From IMG/VR virus record IMGVR_UViG_3300044931_000080, positions 1-48,595 of that record: DNA of 48,595 bases; one strand, given 5' to 3'. This document shows positions 1 through 8,326 of this stretch, one piece after another (within the stretch, counting starts at the first letter, position 1; each line of letters begins with the position of its first letter). The notes under the pieces were generated by a model that made no database searches, had not been told where the DNA came from, and saw nothing but the letters and a program-made list of their open reading frames with translations. Origin of the DNA: a virus. Taxonomy: Duplodnaviria; Caudoviricetes. The translations under genes and the position numbers were made by a program.

Positions 1-1176
1 TTACGACACGGAAACAAAAGCGTCCAGCAGCCCCACAACTTCCGCGGGACCACGGTTCTCCCGCTCCACATAGTGACGCGACGTGACCCCCACTTCGGAG
101 TGCCCGAGCTGGGAAGATGCTGTGGCCAGATCGCCCGACCGGTACACCTGTGTCGCCACGGTCGCCCGGATCGTGTGAGGTGTCACCCACTCGAGCCCTG
201 CGAGTTTCCGCACTTCACGGAAGTGGGCGCGGTAGTTGTCCGCATCCATCCACGTGCCAGCAGACGACGGGAACAGGGCACCGCATTCCGCCGGCTCAGT
301 CGCGTCCAGGTGGGCGCGCAGGGATGCGACCGTGAACTCGGGCAGGTACAGGGTGCGATCGGACGACTCGGACTTGGGTGCCGGTTGGCGTACCGTCCGC
401 CCCGCAGCATCCCGTGCGACCGTGGCAGCCACATGCACTAGGGGAGTGCCGCCCAGGTGCACGTCCTCAACCCTCCGCAGTCCCAGCATCTCACCGACAC
501 GCACGCCGGTCCCCAGCATGAGGTCGATGCTCGCCGTCATGGGGAACCTGGCCCACGGCCGCGTGGACTGCCGGGGGGCTGCCTCCCACTTCGCGGCGGC
601 AGCCCGCAGCCGCCTGACTTCCACCGCCGTCATTGCCCGGACTTGTGACCGGCTGATCGTCACCGTCTGTGTGTCCGCTGCCGGATTCGACCGGATCGCG
701 TCCAGGCGGACAGCCTCGGAGAAGATCTGCCGGAGGAGGACGCGAACCTGCCTGGCCGTCTCATCACCGGAGTCACGGCGTACTCCCTGCACGACGGCAT
801 CTAGCCTGCCGGTGGTCACCTCGCCCACGCGGACGCTGCCGAGCCGGGATCGGATCTTCTTCAACTGGGACCGGTACGTGCGCACCGTCCCACTCGTCCG
901 GGGCGCAGCCTCCTGCCACGTCGTCATCCAATGATCCGCGAGGGCGGTGACGGTGCTGTCGCGAGTGATCGTGCCGCCGGCCATGGTGTCGCGCAGCCCT
1001 GCGAGGTGGTCGAGGAGGGCGCGTTTCGCTTCACCTTTCGTGGGTCTGCGGCGCGAGTAGGTGCGTGTCCTGCCGTCCTCGCCTCGGTAGCGGGCGGAGG
1101 CCCGCCACGCCCCGGACTGCTCTCGGGTGGCGCTGATGTCGCCCCATGTCCCGATCGGGAGCGGAGGTCTACCCAC
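1..1176 (-). CDS. int: Tyrosine integrase
   Basis: Catalytic motifs TGVRVGE, PK, HTIR, LGH...Y; N-terminal arm-binding-like region. Confidence 0.95.
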   Translation of the reverse strand: MGRPPLPIGTWGDISATREQSGAWRASARYRGEDGRTRTYSRRRPTKGEAKRALLDHLAGLRDTMAGGTITRDSTVTALADHWMTTWQEAAPRTSGTVRTYRSQLKKIRSRLGSVRVGEVTTGRLDAVVQGVRRDSGDETARQVRVLLRQIFSEAVRLDAIRSNPAADTQTVTISRSQVRAMTAVEVRRLRAAAAKWEAAPRQSTRPWARFPMTASIDLMLGTGVRVGEMLGLRRVEDVHLGGTPLVHVAATVARDAAGRTVRQPAPKSESSDRTLYLPEFTVASLRAHLDATEPAECGALFPSSAGTWMDADNYRAHFREVRKLAGLEWVTPHTIRATVATQVYRSGDLATASSQLGHSEVGVTSRHYVERENRGPAEVVGLLDAFVSVS

Positions 1177-1179
1177 AGT

Positions 1180-1590
1180 TCACTCCTTCGCCTTGATGGC
1201 GCATTCGATCATCAGCCGCTCCACGGGGGACAGGCTGGCCATGAAGTCGCGCAGAACTTCGGGGGTCACCCAGAGCTCGTCTGCGGCTTCCTCGATGCTC
1301 TGGGTCCATTGCGCTACCGGCACGAGTTGCGATGCGGTGAGTAAACGACGGGCGGTTGCGCGCCGAACCGCATCCTCCTTCACTAGGTCGCCAGAGCAGC
1401 CGTCCTCCCCACGCTCGAGGTGGATCTGCTCGTGCTGGATGGCGCACCGGCGCTCCACCTGGAGCAGGCGGTGGTCGAGGTAGATGTGCTGGCCTTGAGT
1501 GGCGGCTACTCTGCCGTCATCGAACTCGGTGAAGAACAGCAGGACGTCGTCACCGCGTTCTCTGAGTTCCCGCCATGGATGATGTCGCAT
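1180..1590 (-). CDS. ImmA/IrrE-family metallopeptidase (putative anti-repressor)
   Basis: ERRCAIQHEQIH (HExxH) motif, C-terminal AADELWVT helix, position next to int; probably leaderless. Confidence 0.85.
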   Translation of the reverse strand: MRHHPWRELRERGDDVLLFFTEFDDGRVAATQGQHIYLDHRLLQVERRCAIQHEQIHLERGEDGCSGDLVKEDAVRRATARRLLTASQLVPVAQWTQSIEEAADELWVTPEVLRDFMASLSPVERLMIECAIKAKE

Positions 1591-1622
1591 ACCCCTGGAC
1601 CGTACGACAGGGGTAGGACACA
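1590..1622 (-). promoter_or_regulatory. PafBC/RecA-NDp-like promoter of immA-like gene with 8-bp inverted repeat
   Basis: Minus strand TGTCCT(1620-1615)-N10-TACGGT(1604-1599)-8 nt-ATG; IR TACCCCTG/CAGGGGTA. Confidence 0.55.
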
Positions 1623-1626
1623 GGCG

Positions 1627-2040
1627 TCAGAGGTTGAAGACAGTAATGCGCTGGCCTGCGTCCCTGCCCACGCCCTTCACTCGGATCAGCCTCGGTGTTT
1701 GACTCTCGGTGATGACGGAGACGATGTGCGGAAGCGCCGCAATCAATGACGCGGACTCTGCCGCGATTCCTGGCAACCCCTTGGCGTTTGTTCGTCGCAG
1801 TGTGATCCATGTGAGACCACTTGTCCTGATTGCTTCTCTCTCGTGCTCCACGACTAGCTGCCGGCGGTCATCGGTGATGATTGCGTGGAATCCCAGGGCG
1901 GCGGCGCGGGGGAGCAGTTCAACGTCTGGCGTTTCGCGGAGCCCCACCTCGTTGACATGTTGGAAGTCGTGCCAGGGAGCCACAGCGCTGATGTTGCCAG
2001 GCAAGTTAACCGTCATGTTCTCGTCGAATAGAAACCTCAC
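1627..2040 (-). CDS. PIN-domain toxin, VapC45/DUF5615-like
   Basis: MRFLFDENM start, D-x-E and IITDD acidic PIN motifs; 4-nt overlap with upstream antitoxin. Confidence 0.85.
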   Translation of the reverse strand: MRFLFDENMTVNLPGNISAVAPWHDFQHVNEVGLRETPDVELLPRAAALGFHAIITDDRRQLVVEHEREAIRTSGLTWITLRRTNAKGLPGIAAESASLIAALPHIVSVITESQTPRLIRVKGVGRDAGQRITVFNL

Positions 2041-2654
2041 GCGGCCTCACCACTTCGGATGGAGATGACCTCCGCCTCGAAGTCGAGGGCTTCTTCTGCT
2101 GCGTGCTCGCTCACGCTCGGGTAATAGTGGCTCACCCACGAGACAGGCACCGACCCGTCGCCCACAAGGTTCGTGATGATGTCGTACGCGATTGCAGTTC
2201 CCCTGATGGTGGGGAATCCTCCCATGACGCCCTCGCGGAGTGAGAGTTCAGCTCGGGGAGCGAGGAGGTCGGGGACTTGCCTGCCCTGCATGTTGCGGAA
2301 GGGTCGGAAGATATCCAGGAGTCCCGAGAGCATCGACTGCCCGCGATTTGTTACGAGATCCGTGGCCTCTCCTGAACCCACGAGGAAGACAGACTTGCCA
2401 TCTGTGGTGAGGGAGTACGCAGAAGGATGATCGGTCAGATCCATGTCGTCAAGCGTCCTGAATGCTGTCCTGATCTTCTGCAGAGAGACCTCAGTCCGAA
2501 GCTTGGCGACAGCGCGGAGCGCCATCACGTCGCGGAACGAGTATCTCGCTGGCCGAGCGTCGTACTCAGGGCGAAGGAGGTTGGTCCGCGACCAGCTTCG
2601 AAGTTGATTGGCAGACGCGCCTGAAAGCGTCGCCGCCAGATCGGTGCTAAACAC
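2037..2654 (-). CDS. MerR-HTH + DUF433 antitoxin, VapB45-like
   Basis: N-terminal MerR-like HTH (LRSW...YSFRD), C-terminal MGGFPTIRGT DUF433 motif; GGAGGTG RBS. Confidence 0.85.
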   Translation of the reverse strand: MFSTDLAATLSGASANQLRSWSRTNLLRPEYDARPARYSFRDVMALRAVAKLRTEVSLQKIRTAFRTLDDMDLTDHPSAYSLTTDGKSVFLVGSGEATDLVTNRGQSMLSGLLDIFRPFRNMQGRQVPDLLAPRAELSLREGVMGGFPTIRGTAIAYDIITNLVGDGSVPVSWVSHYYPSVSEHAAEEALDFEAEVISIRSGEAA

Positions 2655-2671
2655 CCTGTTTCACCTCCCTT

Positions 2672-2698
2672 CAATGGGTGCAATCCTGCTACCCATTG
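2672..2698. promoter_or_regulatory. Inverted repeat upstream of TA operon (putative operator)
   Basis: CAATGGGT-N11-ACCCATTG. Confidence 0.45.
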
Positions 2699-2700
2699 TC

Positions 2701-3354
2701 TCACTCTCGGCCATGATGGTCCTGGTTCTCTTCGCCGCGGTCCCGGCTCTCGCGGTCGCCGGTGATGCCCTCGGACGCCTCATCCGGCGTGTAGGCGACG
2801 GACCTCTTCGCCGGCGGTGGGGGCTGCAGCTTCCCTTGGTCTAGGTCGCCGGGCTTGTGGGTTGTCCCGAAGTTCAGCTGGTCGATCTCTTCGGCGCGCT
2901 GCGCTTCGCGGCGGGCGCGGAGTTCGTCCGACTTCATGGGGGTTCGATCCCGAGTGCCAGACACATCCGGATGATGGTCTTCTTGATCCTCTGCCTGCGA
3001 CGCATGCGCTGCTCCCTTGTTGCTCTCCGCCAGGAGGCGGATGATCTCGTTCACAGCGGTCCGCTGTGGGGGAGTGAGCAAGTCCGCCGACGCGTGCGCC
3101 TCGAAGGGCTCGTGACCCGTGTGGGTCGCCGCGGCCTCGAGGTCTTCCGCCGGCACTCCGAACACTTGGGCGAACGCATCGAGGGTGGCATGCTGCGGCT
3201 TCTCGGGATGCTTCCCGCTGAGATACCGAGACACGTTCCCCTTCGATAGGGGGACACCCAGGTCGTTCGACCGCTTCACGATCTGAGGTTGGTTCATCCG
3301 CTGGGCGCGGCTCAGTTCGTTCAGTAGGTCGGAGAGTCTGCTCACGGCGATCAC
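2701..3354 (-). CDS. Immunity repressor (XRE HTH)
   Basis: HTH-like LSKGNVSRYLSGKHP; divergent from cro-like gene; start may be 3345. Confidence 0.8.
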   Translation of the reverse strand: MIAVSRLSDLLNELSRAQRMNQPQIVKRSNDLGVPLSKGNVSRYLSGKHPEKPQHATLDAFAQVFGVPAEDLEAAATHTGHEPFEAHASADLLTPPQRTAVNEIIRLLAESNKGAAHASQAEDQEDHHPDVSGTRDRTPMKSDELRARREAQRAEEIDQLNFGTTHKPGDLDQGKLQPPPPAKRSVAYTPDEASEGITGDRESRDRGEENQDHHGRE

Positions 3355-3465
3355 TTTCCAGCAGGGGCGCGGTCTTCACAAGCCTAGACGTGTAGCGGTC
3401 ATACACGAACAACATGCCGGTAATTCGCGTCGTGGCGCGGAAGTTCAGAAAGTTTCGGGGGAGAG

Positions 3466-3494
3466 TTGCATTCCGGGTGACACGCCCCTATAGT
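3466..3494 (+). promoter_or_regulatory. Early lytic SigA-type promoter
   Basis: TTGCAT-17 bp-TATAGT, followed by GTTC/GAAC palindromic operator-like tract 3491-3523. Confidence 0.75.
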
Positions 3495-3539
3495 TCAAAG
3501 TGTTCATGGAGAACATGGAACTACAGCGAAGGAGGTGAC

Positions 3540-3797
3540 ATGAGCCCCGCATACAAGGCCACGCGACGCGGCTTCACCGCACGCCCTCACAAGGAGCAGA
3601 TCCGACTGGCACTGACCTTCAAGCAGTGGACGAACGCGGACCTCGCCTTCAAGGCCCGGATCAGCCCCTCGACGGTCGGGAACATCCTCGGCAAGCGCGA
3701 GACCTGCAACCCGGAGACCGCAGCCAAGATCGCGAAGGCCCTCGGCGTGGAGACCGAGCGCCTCTTCACTCTCGAGCAGATCGACTACGCCGCATGA
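3540..3797 (+). CDS. Cro-like HTH protein
   Basis: GGAGGTG RBS; LAFKARISPSTVGNI HTH; first rightward gene. Confidence 0.85.
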   Translation: MSPAYKATRRGFTARPHKEQIRLALTFKQWTNADLAFKARISPSTVGNILGKRETCNPETAAKIAKALGVETERLFTLEQIDYAA

Positions 3798-3854
3798 AGA
3801 AGGCCCCCACCTGGTGCAACAGGTGAGGGCCAGACGATCCCGAAAGGAATCAAC

Positions 3855-4706
3855 ATGTCCAGCAACATCGTACCAATCGGCGGCACCTCGCCGTTCGACA
3901 GCATCCGACAGGTCCGCGACAACGGCACCGAGTTCTGGTCCGCCCGCGACCTGATGGGAATCCTCGGCTACTCCCGATGGGAGACGTTCGAGAACCCGCT
4001 CAGCCGCGCCATGGCGACCGCCCGGAATCAGGGTCACGTGGTCGAGGACCTTTTCCACCGATCGGTGGAAAAGTCCGGAGGCCGCCCTCGCACTGACTTC
4101 GACCTGACTCGGTACGCCGCGTACCTCACCGTGATGAATGGTGACCCGAACATGCCCCGCGTCGCTGAGGGCCAGTCCTACTTCGCGATCCGCACCCGTG
4201 AGGCAGAGGTCGCGAAGCCCGTCCAAGAGCTCACCTTCGCGGAGAAGACCCTCGAGGTAATGGCCGGCCTGCAGGAACTCGTCGCCTCTCAGAAGGCGGA
4301 GAACGACAAGCAGGCCAAGCAGCTCGAGGCACAGCGGCCGGTCGTCGCTCGGATGAAGAACTACCAGGCGAACGAGAAATCGAGCAACAAGCAGCGGTTC
4401 GCCCGCGACATCTGCAAGGCCCTCCGCGAACAGCTCGGCATCGATGCCCTGCAGCCCGACGTCATGGTCTTCCTGTCCCGCCGCCTGAACCTCTTCGTCG
4501 CGGGCAAGCGGTCCGACGCCGGCGAGGCGACCGCGTGGGCGGAGAAGAACTTCTATGCCGAGACCCGCCGCAAGGTCGCGGAGAACGGCCACAACATCAG
4601 CCAGGGCCTGCTGACCGCCCGTGGCTACGACTACGCCTGGACGCGCATCTTCGCCTACGCGGAGGAGCACGGCCACATCAAGCTGAAGGAGAAGACCAGT
4701 GCGTGA
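3855..4706 (+). CDS. Antirepressor, BRO/DinD-like N-terminus
   Basis: FDSIRQ..EFWSARDLM..LGY.RWE.F and LTRYAAYL..MNGDP motifs. Confidence 0.85.
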   Translation: MSSNIVPIGGTSPFDSIRQVRDNGTEFWSARDLMGILGYSRWETFENPLSRAMATARNQGHVVEDLFHRSVEKSGGRPRTDFDLTRYAAYLTVMNGDPNMPRVAEGQSYFAIRTREAEVAKPVQELTFAEKTLEVMAGLQELVASQKAENDKQAKQLEAQRPVVARMKNYQANEKSSNKQRFARDICKALREQLGIDALQPDVMVFLSRRLNLFVAGKRSDAGEATAWAEKNFYAETRRKVAENGHNISQGLLTARGYDYAWTRIFAYAEEHGHIKLKEKTSA

Positions 4707-5037
4707 CTACGTGTGGGCCGTCCGGGTTACGGCAATGCCTGAGGGGTCGCTGCTCGAGGACGGGTCGTTCGCGCCCGGATGGGAGCCGGAGAACTGGGGC
4801 GAGGAGATGGCGTCGCTCAAGCGCGCCGGGATCATGCGGGCCGAAGAGACGGAGTTCTTCTGGCCGGTGGTGGACAAGGTCTACATGTCCAGGAGCTCTG
4901 CGACGAAGCGTGCCCAGCTGCTCGAGCGGTACGGCGCGACGGCGAGTGTCGTGCGGTCGCCGCTGAGGTGGGAGACCACCGCGGGCGAGCCGGTGGACCT
5001 CTACGAGTACCTCGGTGACGAGGGGGTCGCGGCGTGA
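4699..5037 (+). CDS. Hypothetical protein
   Basis: Coupled ORF in early operon, high-GC3 codon usage. Confidence 0.7.
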   Translation: MRDYVWAVRVTAMPEGSLLEDGSFAPGWEPENWGEEMASLKRAGIMRAEETEFFWPVVDKVYMSRSSATKRAQLLERYGATASVVRSPLRWETTAGEPVDLYEYLGDEGVAA

Positions 5038-5606
5038 GCGCGCGGGAGACCCTTGGGGCGCGGGTGAAGCGCCTCCGCATCGAGCGGCGTCTCAGCCCGG
5101 CTGCGCTGGGTGCGCTGGCCGGGGTGGACGCGAAGACGATCCGCACGATCGAGAGCGGGGCGAGGACCCCGCAGGACATCACAGTCGCGAAGGTGGAGGA
5201 GGCCCTCCAGTGGGTCTCACTCGCTGGCCCCAGCCCCGCGGCCGCCGCGAAGCGGGAGGAGGTTGAGGCGAAGCTGGCGGAGCTGTCAGCTGTCCTCCAG
5301 TCCTTCACTCGGAAGATTCGTGGCGATGTACTCAGCGAACGTGTAGTTCCGAGCCTCGAGCTGGACGATCGCTTGGGCGACGCAGCTGGTCAGATCGGTG
5401 ATCATCTGCGTGACCAGCTCGAACTTGTCATCGACCGACTCAAGTCCATCGAAGCGGTGCTTGAGGTTCTCGGTGCGCGCCTTCATGTCGTCGGCGAACT
5501 TCTCGGAGATCTCGAACGGCTCCATGATTCTTCCCCCTCAGTAGGTGGTTGTGGTGACCCTCAGCCTACTGAGGGGGAGGCCCGCAAGGGCGGTGAAGCG
5601 GCATGA
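5034..5606 (+). CDS. XRE HTH protein; 3' half overlaps an antisense gene
   Basis: LGARVKRLRIERRLS..LG..AGVD.KTIRTIESG HTH_3 motif. Confidence 0.75.
   Translation: MSARETLGARVKRLRIERRLSPAALGALAGVDAKTIRTIESGARTPQDITVAKVEEALQWVSLAGPSPAAAAKREEVEAKLAELSAVLQSFTRKIRGDVLSERVVPSLELDDRLGDAAGQIGDHLRDQLELVIDRLKSIEAVLEVLGARLHVVGELLGDLERLHDSSPSVGGCGDPQPTEGEARKGGEAA
5286..5525 (-). CDS. Small antisense moron protein (79 aa, helical)
   Basis: GAGGGGG RBS, own TAGGCT -10 inside a 14-bp IR, protein-like composition. Confidence 0.65.
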   Translation of the reverse strand: MEPFEISEKFADDMKARTENLKHRFDGLESVDDKFELVTQMITDLTSCVAQAIVQLEARNYTFAEYIATNLPSEGLEDS

Positions 5607-5779
5607 ATCGGGGCGACATCATCCTGGCTGCGTTCATCGCGGCGGCGGTCTTGGGTGCGACGGCGCTGTTCCTCGCGACGGTCTCTGCCGCGGCGGAGGC
5701 CACCGTGTTCGACGTGACGGACCCGGACCGCGGCATCTACCGCATGCATGCTCCTCTCCTCGCAGAAGGAGCGCACTGA
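5603..5779 (+). CDS. Small membrane protein (58 aa)
   Basis: Read manually: MNRGDIILAAFIAAAVLGATALFL; ATGA/TGATG coupling. Confidence 0.65.
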   Translation: MNRGDIILAAFIAAAVLGATALFLATVSAAAEATVFDVTDPDRGIYRMHAPLLAEGAH

Positions 5780-5997
5780 TGCGACTCATCAAGAAGACCT
5801 CTCAGCACCGCCGCGACTTCACCGGCATCTTGCAGTGCGAGCACTGCGACCACCGGCAGGAGCTGCGCCAGGGATACGACGACACCTACTACCACCAGAA
5901 CGTCATCCCGAGGATCCCGTGCGGAGCCTGCGGTAAGGACTCGCCCACCGATGCCCCGAAGACGGCACCGGACGTCCCGGCAGGAGTCGTGCTGTGA
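5779..5997 (+). CDS. Small Zn-ribbon protein
   Basis: CEHC...CGAC; AGGAG RBS. Confidence 0.7.
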   Translation: MRLIKKTSQHRRDFTGILQCEHCDHRQELRQGYDDTYYHQNVIPRIPCGACGKDSPTDAPKTAPDVPAGVVL

Positions 5998-6146
5998 CGG
6001 GCATCGACATCGTGACCCGCGACCTCGCGGAGACACCGAACGGCACCGCGTTCGCCATTCACGCGTATGTCATGTGGGGCGACGACTACCCGATCTCCGG
6101 TGACGAGCTGGCCCTGATCCGGGCGGGGGTCGAACGCGATGACTGA
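5994..6146 (+). CDS. Hypothetical protein (50 aa)
   Basis: Read manually; GTGA overlap and GGAG RBS. Confidence 0.5.
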   Translation: MTGIDIVTRDLAETPNGTAFAIHAYVMWGDDYPISGDELALIRAGVERDD

Positions 6147-6258
6147 CTGGCTCTCTCAGATGTTCGAGGACCTGCAGGACCAGGCTCTCACCGACCAGGA
6201 AGCCGCGGCGGACACGGACCCGGACCGCGCCTACCACAACCGACTGTTCGAGGAGTGA
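6139..6258 (+). CDS. Hypothetical protein (39 aa)
   Basis: Read manually: MTDWLSQMFEDLQDQ; fills operon gap. Confidence 0.5.
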   Translation: MTDWLSQMFEDLQDQALTDQEAAADTDPDRAYHNRLFEE

Positions 6259-6262
6259 CCCG

Positions 6263-6436
6263 ATGCGACGACTACTCACCGCCTACGACGTGGCGAAGAC
6301 GCTGCGGTGCAGCTACCGGTACGTCCACATCCTCCGCAAGAAGGGACTCCTCCGGGCGGTCGCTCTGGGTGGGGTGTGGCGGTTCGATCCGGCGGATGTG
6401 GAGGCGTACGTCGAGCAGCAGAAGGCGACGGCATGA
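6263..6436 (+). CDS. Excisionase-like HTH_17 protein (57 aa)
   Basis: Read manually: MRRLLTAYDVAKTLRCSYRYVHILRKKGLLRAVALGGVWRFDPADVEAY; GAGGAG RBS. Confidence 0.8.
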   Translation: MRRLLTAYDVAKTLRCSYRYVHILRKKGLLRAVALGGVWRFDPADVEAYVEQQKATA

Positions 6437-6615
6437 CCCGCCATCAGTGGCGCCGTTTCTGGTGCCTGTGGACGCCCACTTACCTGGTGGGGGTCGGCAT
6501 GGTTGCCGGCTCAGCAACTCTCACCGACACGACGAACGGCCTGACGGTCCTCGGCGCACTGACTGCGCTGGCGGGGTTGCTGGCCGCAACGCATGACTCA
6601 AGGAGCACACGATGA
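6433..6615 (+). CDS. Small membrane protein
   Basis: Two hydrophobic segments; ATGA overlaps at both ends. Confidence 0.65.
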   Translation: MTRHQWRRFWCLWTPTYLVGVGMVAGSATLTDTTNGLTVLGALTALAGLLAATHDSRSTR

Positions 6616-7532
6616 CGTACACATTCGGACCCCCCAGCACGGACGAAGCCGCGTGGCATGCGGCCCGCGCCCACACCGACGACGGACAGATCCGCGTCAC
6701 CGCCTCCGAGGTCGCCGCACTGGCGTCCGGCGGGAAGAGCGTGTGGGCGAACCTCCGCGCCGAGAAGGCCGGCACCAAAACCAGGTGGTCGGGCAACGAG
6801 CACACGGCGTGGGGTCACCAGCGTGAGCCGGAGATCGCCGCCGCGATGACGGACACGTACCCGTGGCTGGTCGCGAACGATCACCTGTGCATCCAGGACG
6901 CGGACCCCCGGTGGGCTGCGACCCCGGACATGCTCGGCGATTCAGCGGGCATGGTCTGCCAGATCAAGACCGCTGTCTGGGCTGGCGAGAAGTGGGATCT
7001 GTCCAAGGTGCCGCGTCGCTACTACGACCAGATCCAGTGGGAGATCTTCACGACCGGATCGGGTGAGGCGCTGCTGGCAGTCGAGTACTACGACGAGCTC
7101 GACGGTGGCCTCGTGCCGCACTTCCTGCTCGAACCGCCGCACGTCATCGAGATCCCCCGCGATGACGAGCGGATCGCGGAGCTGGTCGCGATCGCTGAGC
7201 AGTTCATCGCGATGGGACAGCCCGACACCCTCGACATCTACCTGGCGGACTACGCCCGCGCTGACGCCCGCGAGAAGGCGGCGAAGGCGAAGAAGGAAGA
7301 GGTGCGGAAGCTCATCGCCAAGGAGATCGCGGAGCGACCCAGCGGCAAGTACGTGTCCGATCTCGGGTCGATCACCCTCGGCAAGGACACCACGCGGACG
7401 GTGACGGTGCTCAACGAGGAGCGGCTGCGGGAGAAGGCGCCGAAGACGTGGGAGCGGTACGTCGAGGAGCAGGAGAAGACGACGAAGGGGCGACTCACGA
7501 TCACCCCCGCGAAGGAAGAGGAAGCGGCATGA
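6612..7532 (+). CDS. YqaJ-type viral exonuclease (RecE-like)
   Basis: TASEVA, WGHQREP, ATPD, QIKT, YYDQIQW motifs. Confidence 0.9.
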   Translation: MTYTFGPPSTDEAAWHAARAHTDDGQIRVTASEVAALASGGKSVWANLRAEKAGTKTRWSGNEHTAWGHQREPEIAAAMTDTYPWLVANDHLCIQDADPRWAATPDMLGDSAGMVCQIKTAVWAGEKWDLSKVPRRYYDQIQWEIFTTGSGEALLAVEYYDELDGGLVPHFLLEPPHVIEIPRDDERIAELVAIAEQFIAMGQPDTLDIYLADYARADAREKAAKAKKEEVRKLIAKEIAERPSGKYVSDLGSITLGKDTTRTVTVLNEERLREKAPKTWERYVEEQEKTTKGRLTITPAKEEEAA

Positions 7533-8326
7533 GCGCCGAGATCACGGTCCACAGCAGTGCGGCTCAGATGAGCGTGTCCGAACGTCAGCACTACGCGTCG
7601 GTCCTGGCGGACGCGAGGATGATCCCGAAGGCGTTCCAGAAGTCGCCGGCGGACATCTTCGTCGCGATCGAGTACGGCAACGCCCTGGGTATCGCCCCGA
7701 TCGTCGCGTTGAACGAGATCAACGTCATCAACGGCACCCCGTCTCTGTCTGCGTCGATGATGGCGTCGCTGGCCCGGAATGCGGGTCACCGGGTGCGGAC
7801 GCAGAACCTGGAGGACGGGTCTGCGGTGTGCGAGATCATCCGGTCGGATGATCCCGAGTTCACGCACCGGTCTGTGTGGAACCAGGCGAAGGCTCAGGCG
7901 GCTGGCCTGTGGGGCAAGGGGCACTGGGCGAAAGACCCCGCGACCATGCTGCGCTGGCGCGCCATCTCCGAGTGCGTGCGCATGGCGTGCCCCGAAGTCC
8001 TTGGCGGACTCAAGTACACGTCCGAGGAAGTCATCGAGTTCACGGGGTCGCCGGAACCTCAGCGCCAGCAGGCACGCCAGGCAGCGCCCACTCCGCCGGC
8101 GGATGTGGACTTCTACGCGATGCTCGACCAGTGCGAGACGCAGGACGATCTCAAGCGGGCGTGGGTGGAGATCGACCGAGCCCATGGAGGGTTCCGCAAT
8201 GTGCCGCCCGACCTTACCGCGACCGTGAAGGCGCTCAAGGAAACCCTTCCGGAGCAGGCAGGCGAGCACGTCCAGGCGGAGGTTGTTGATCCGGAGACGG
8301 GTGAGATCCAGGACGACGCGGCATGA
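7529..8326 (+). CDS. RecT/Beta-like single-strand annealing protein
   Basis: Follows exonuclease; AIEYG..LG...INVING.P.L and W.K.P..ML..RA motifs. Confidence 0.8.
   Translation: MSAEITVHSSAAQMSVSERQHYASVLADARMIPKAFQKSPADIFVAIEYGNALGIAPIVALNEINVINGTPSLSASMMASLARNAGHRVRTQNLEDGSAVCEIIRSDDPEFTHRSVWNQAKAQAAGLWGKGHWAKDPATMLRWRAISECVRMACPEVLGGLKYTSEEVIEFTGSPEPQRQQARQAAPTPPADVDFYAMLDQCETQDDLKRAWVEIDRAHGGFRNVPPDLTATVKALKETLPEQAGEHVQAEVVDPETGEIQDDAA

Noticed and set aside
3355-3540. LexA SOS box in the immunity region
   Set aside because: GAAC/GTTC half-sites occur, but not as CGAAC-N4-GTTCG; orientation is reversed
3504-4676. 390-aa minus-strand ORF
   Set aside because: Shadow of cro/antirepressor; stop-poor antisense frame expected at high GC
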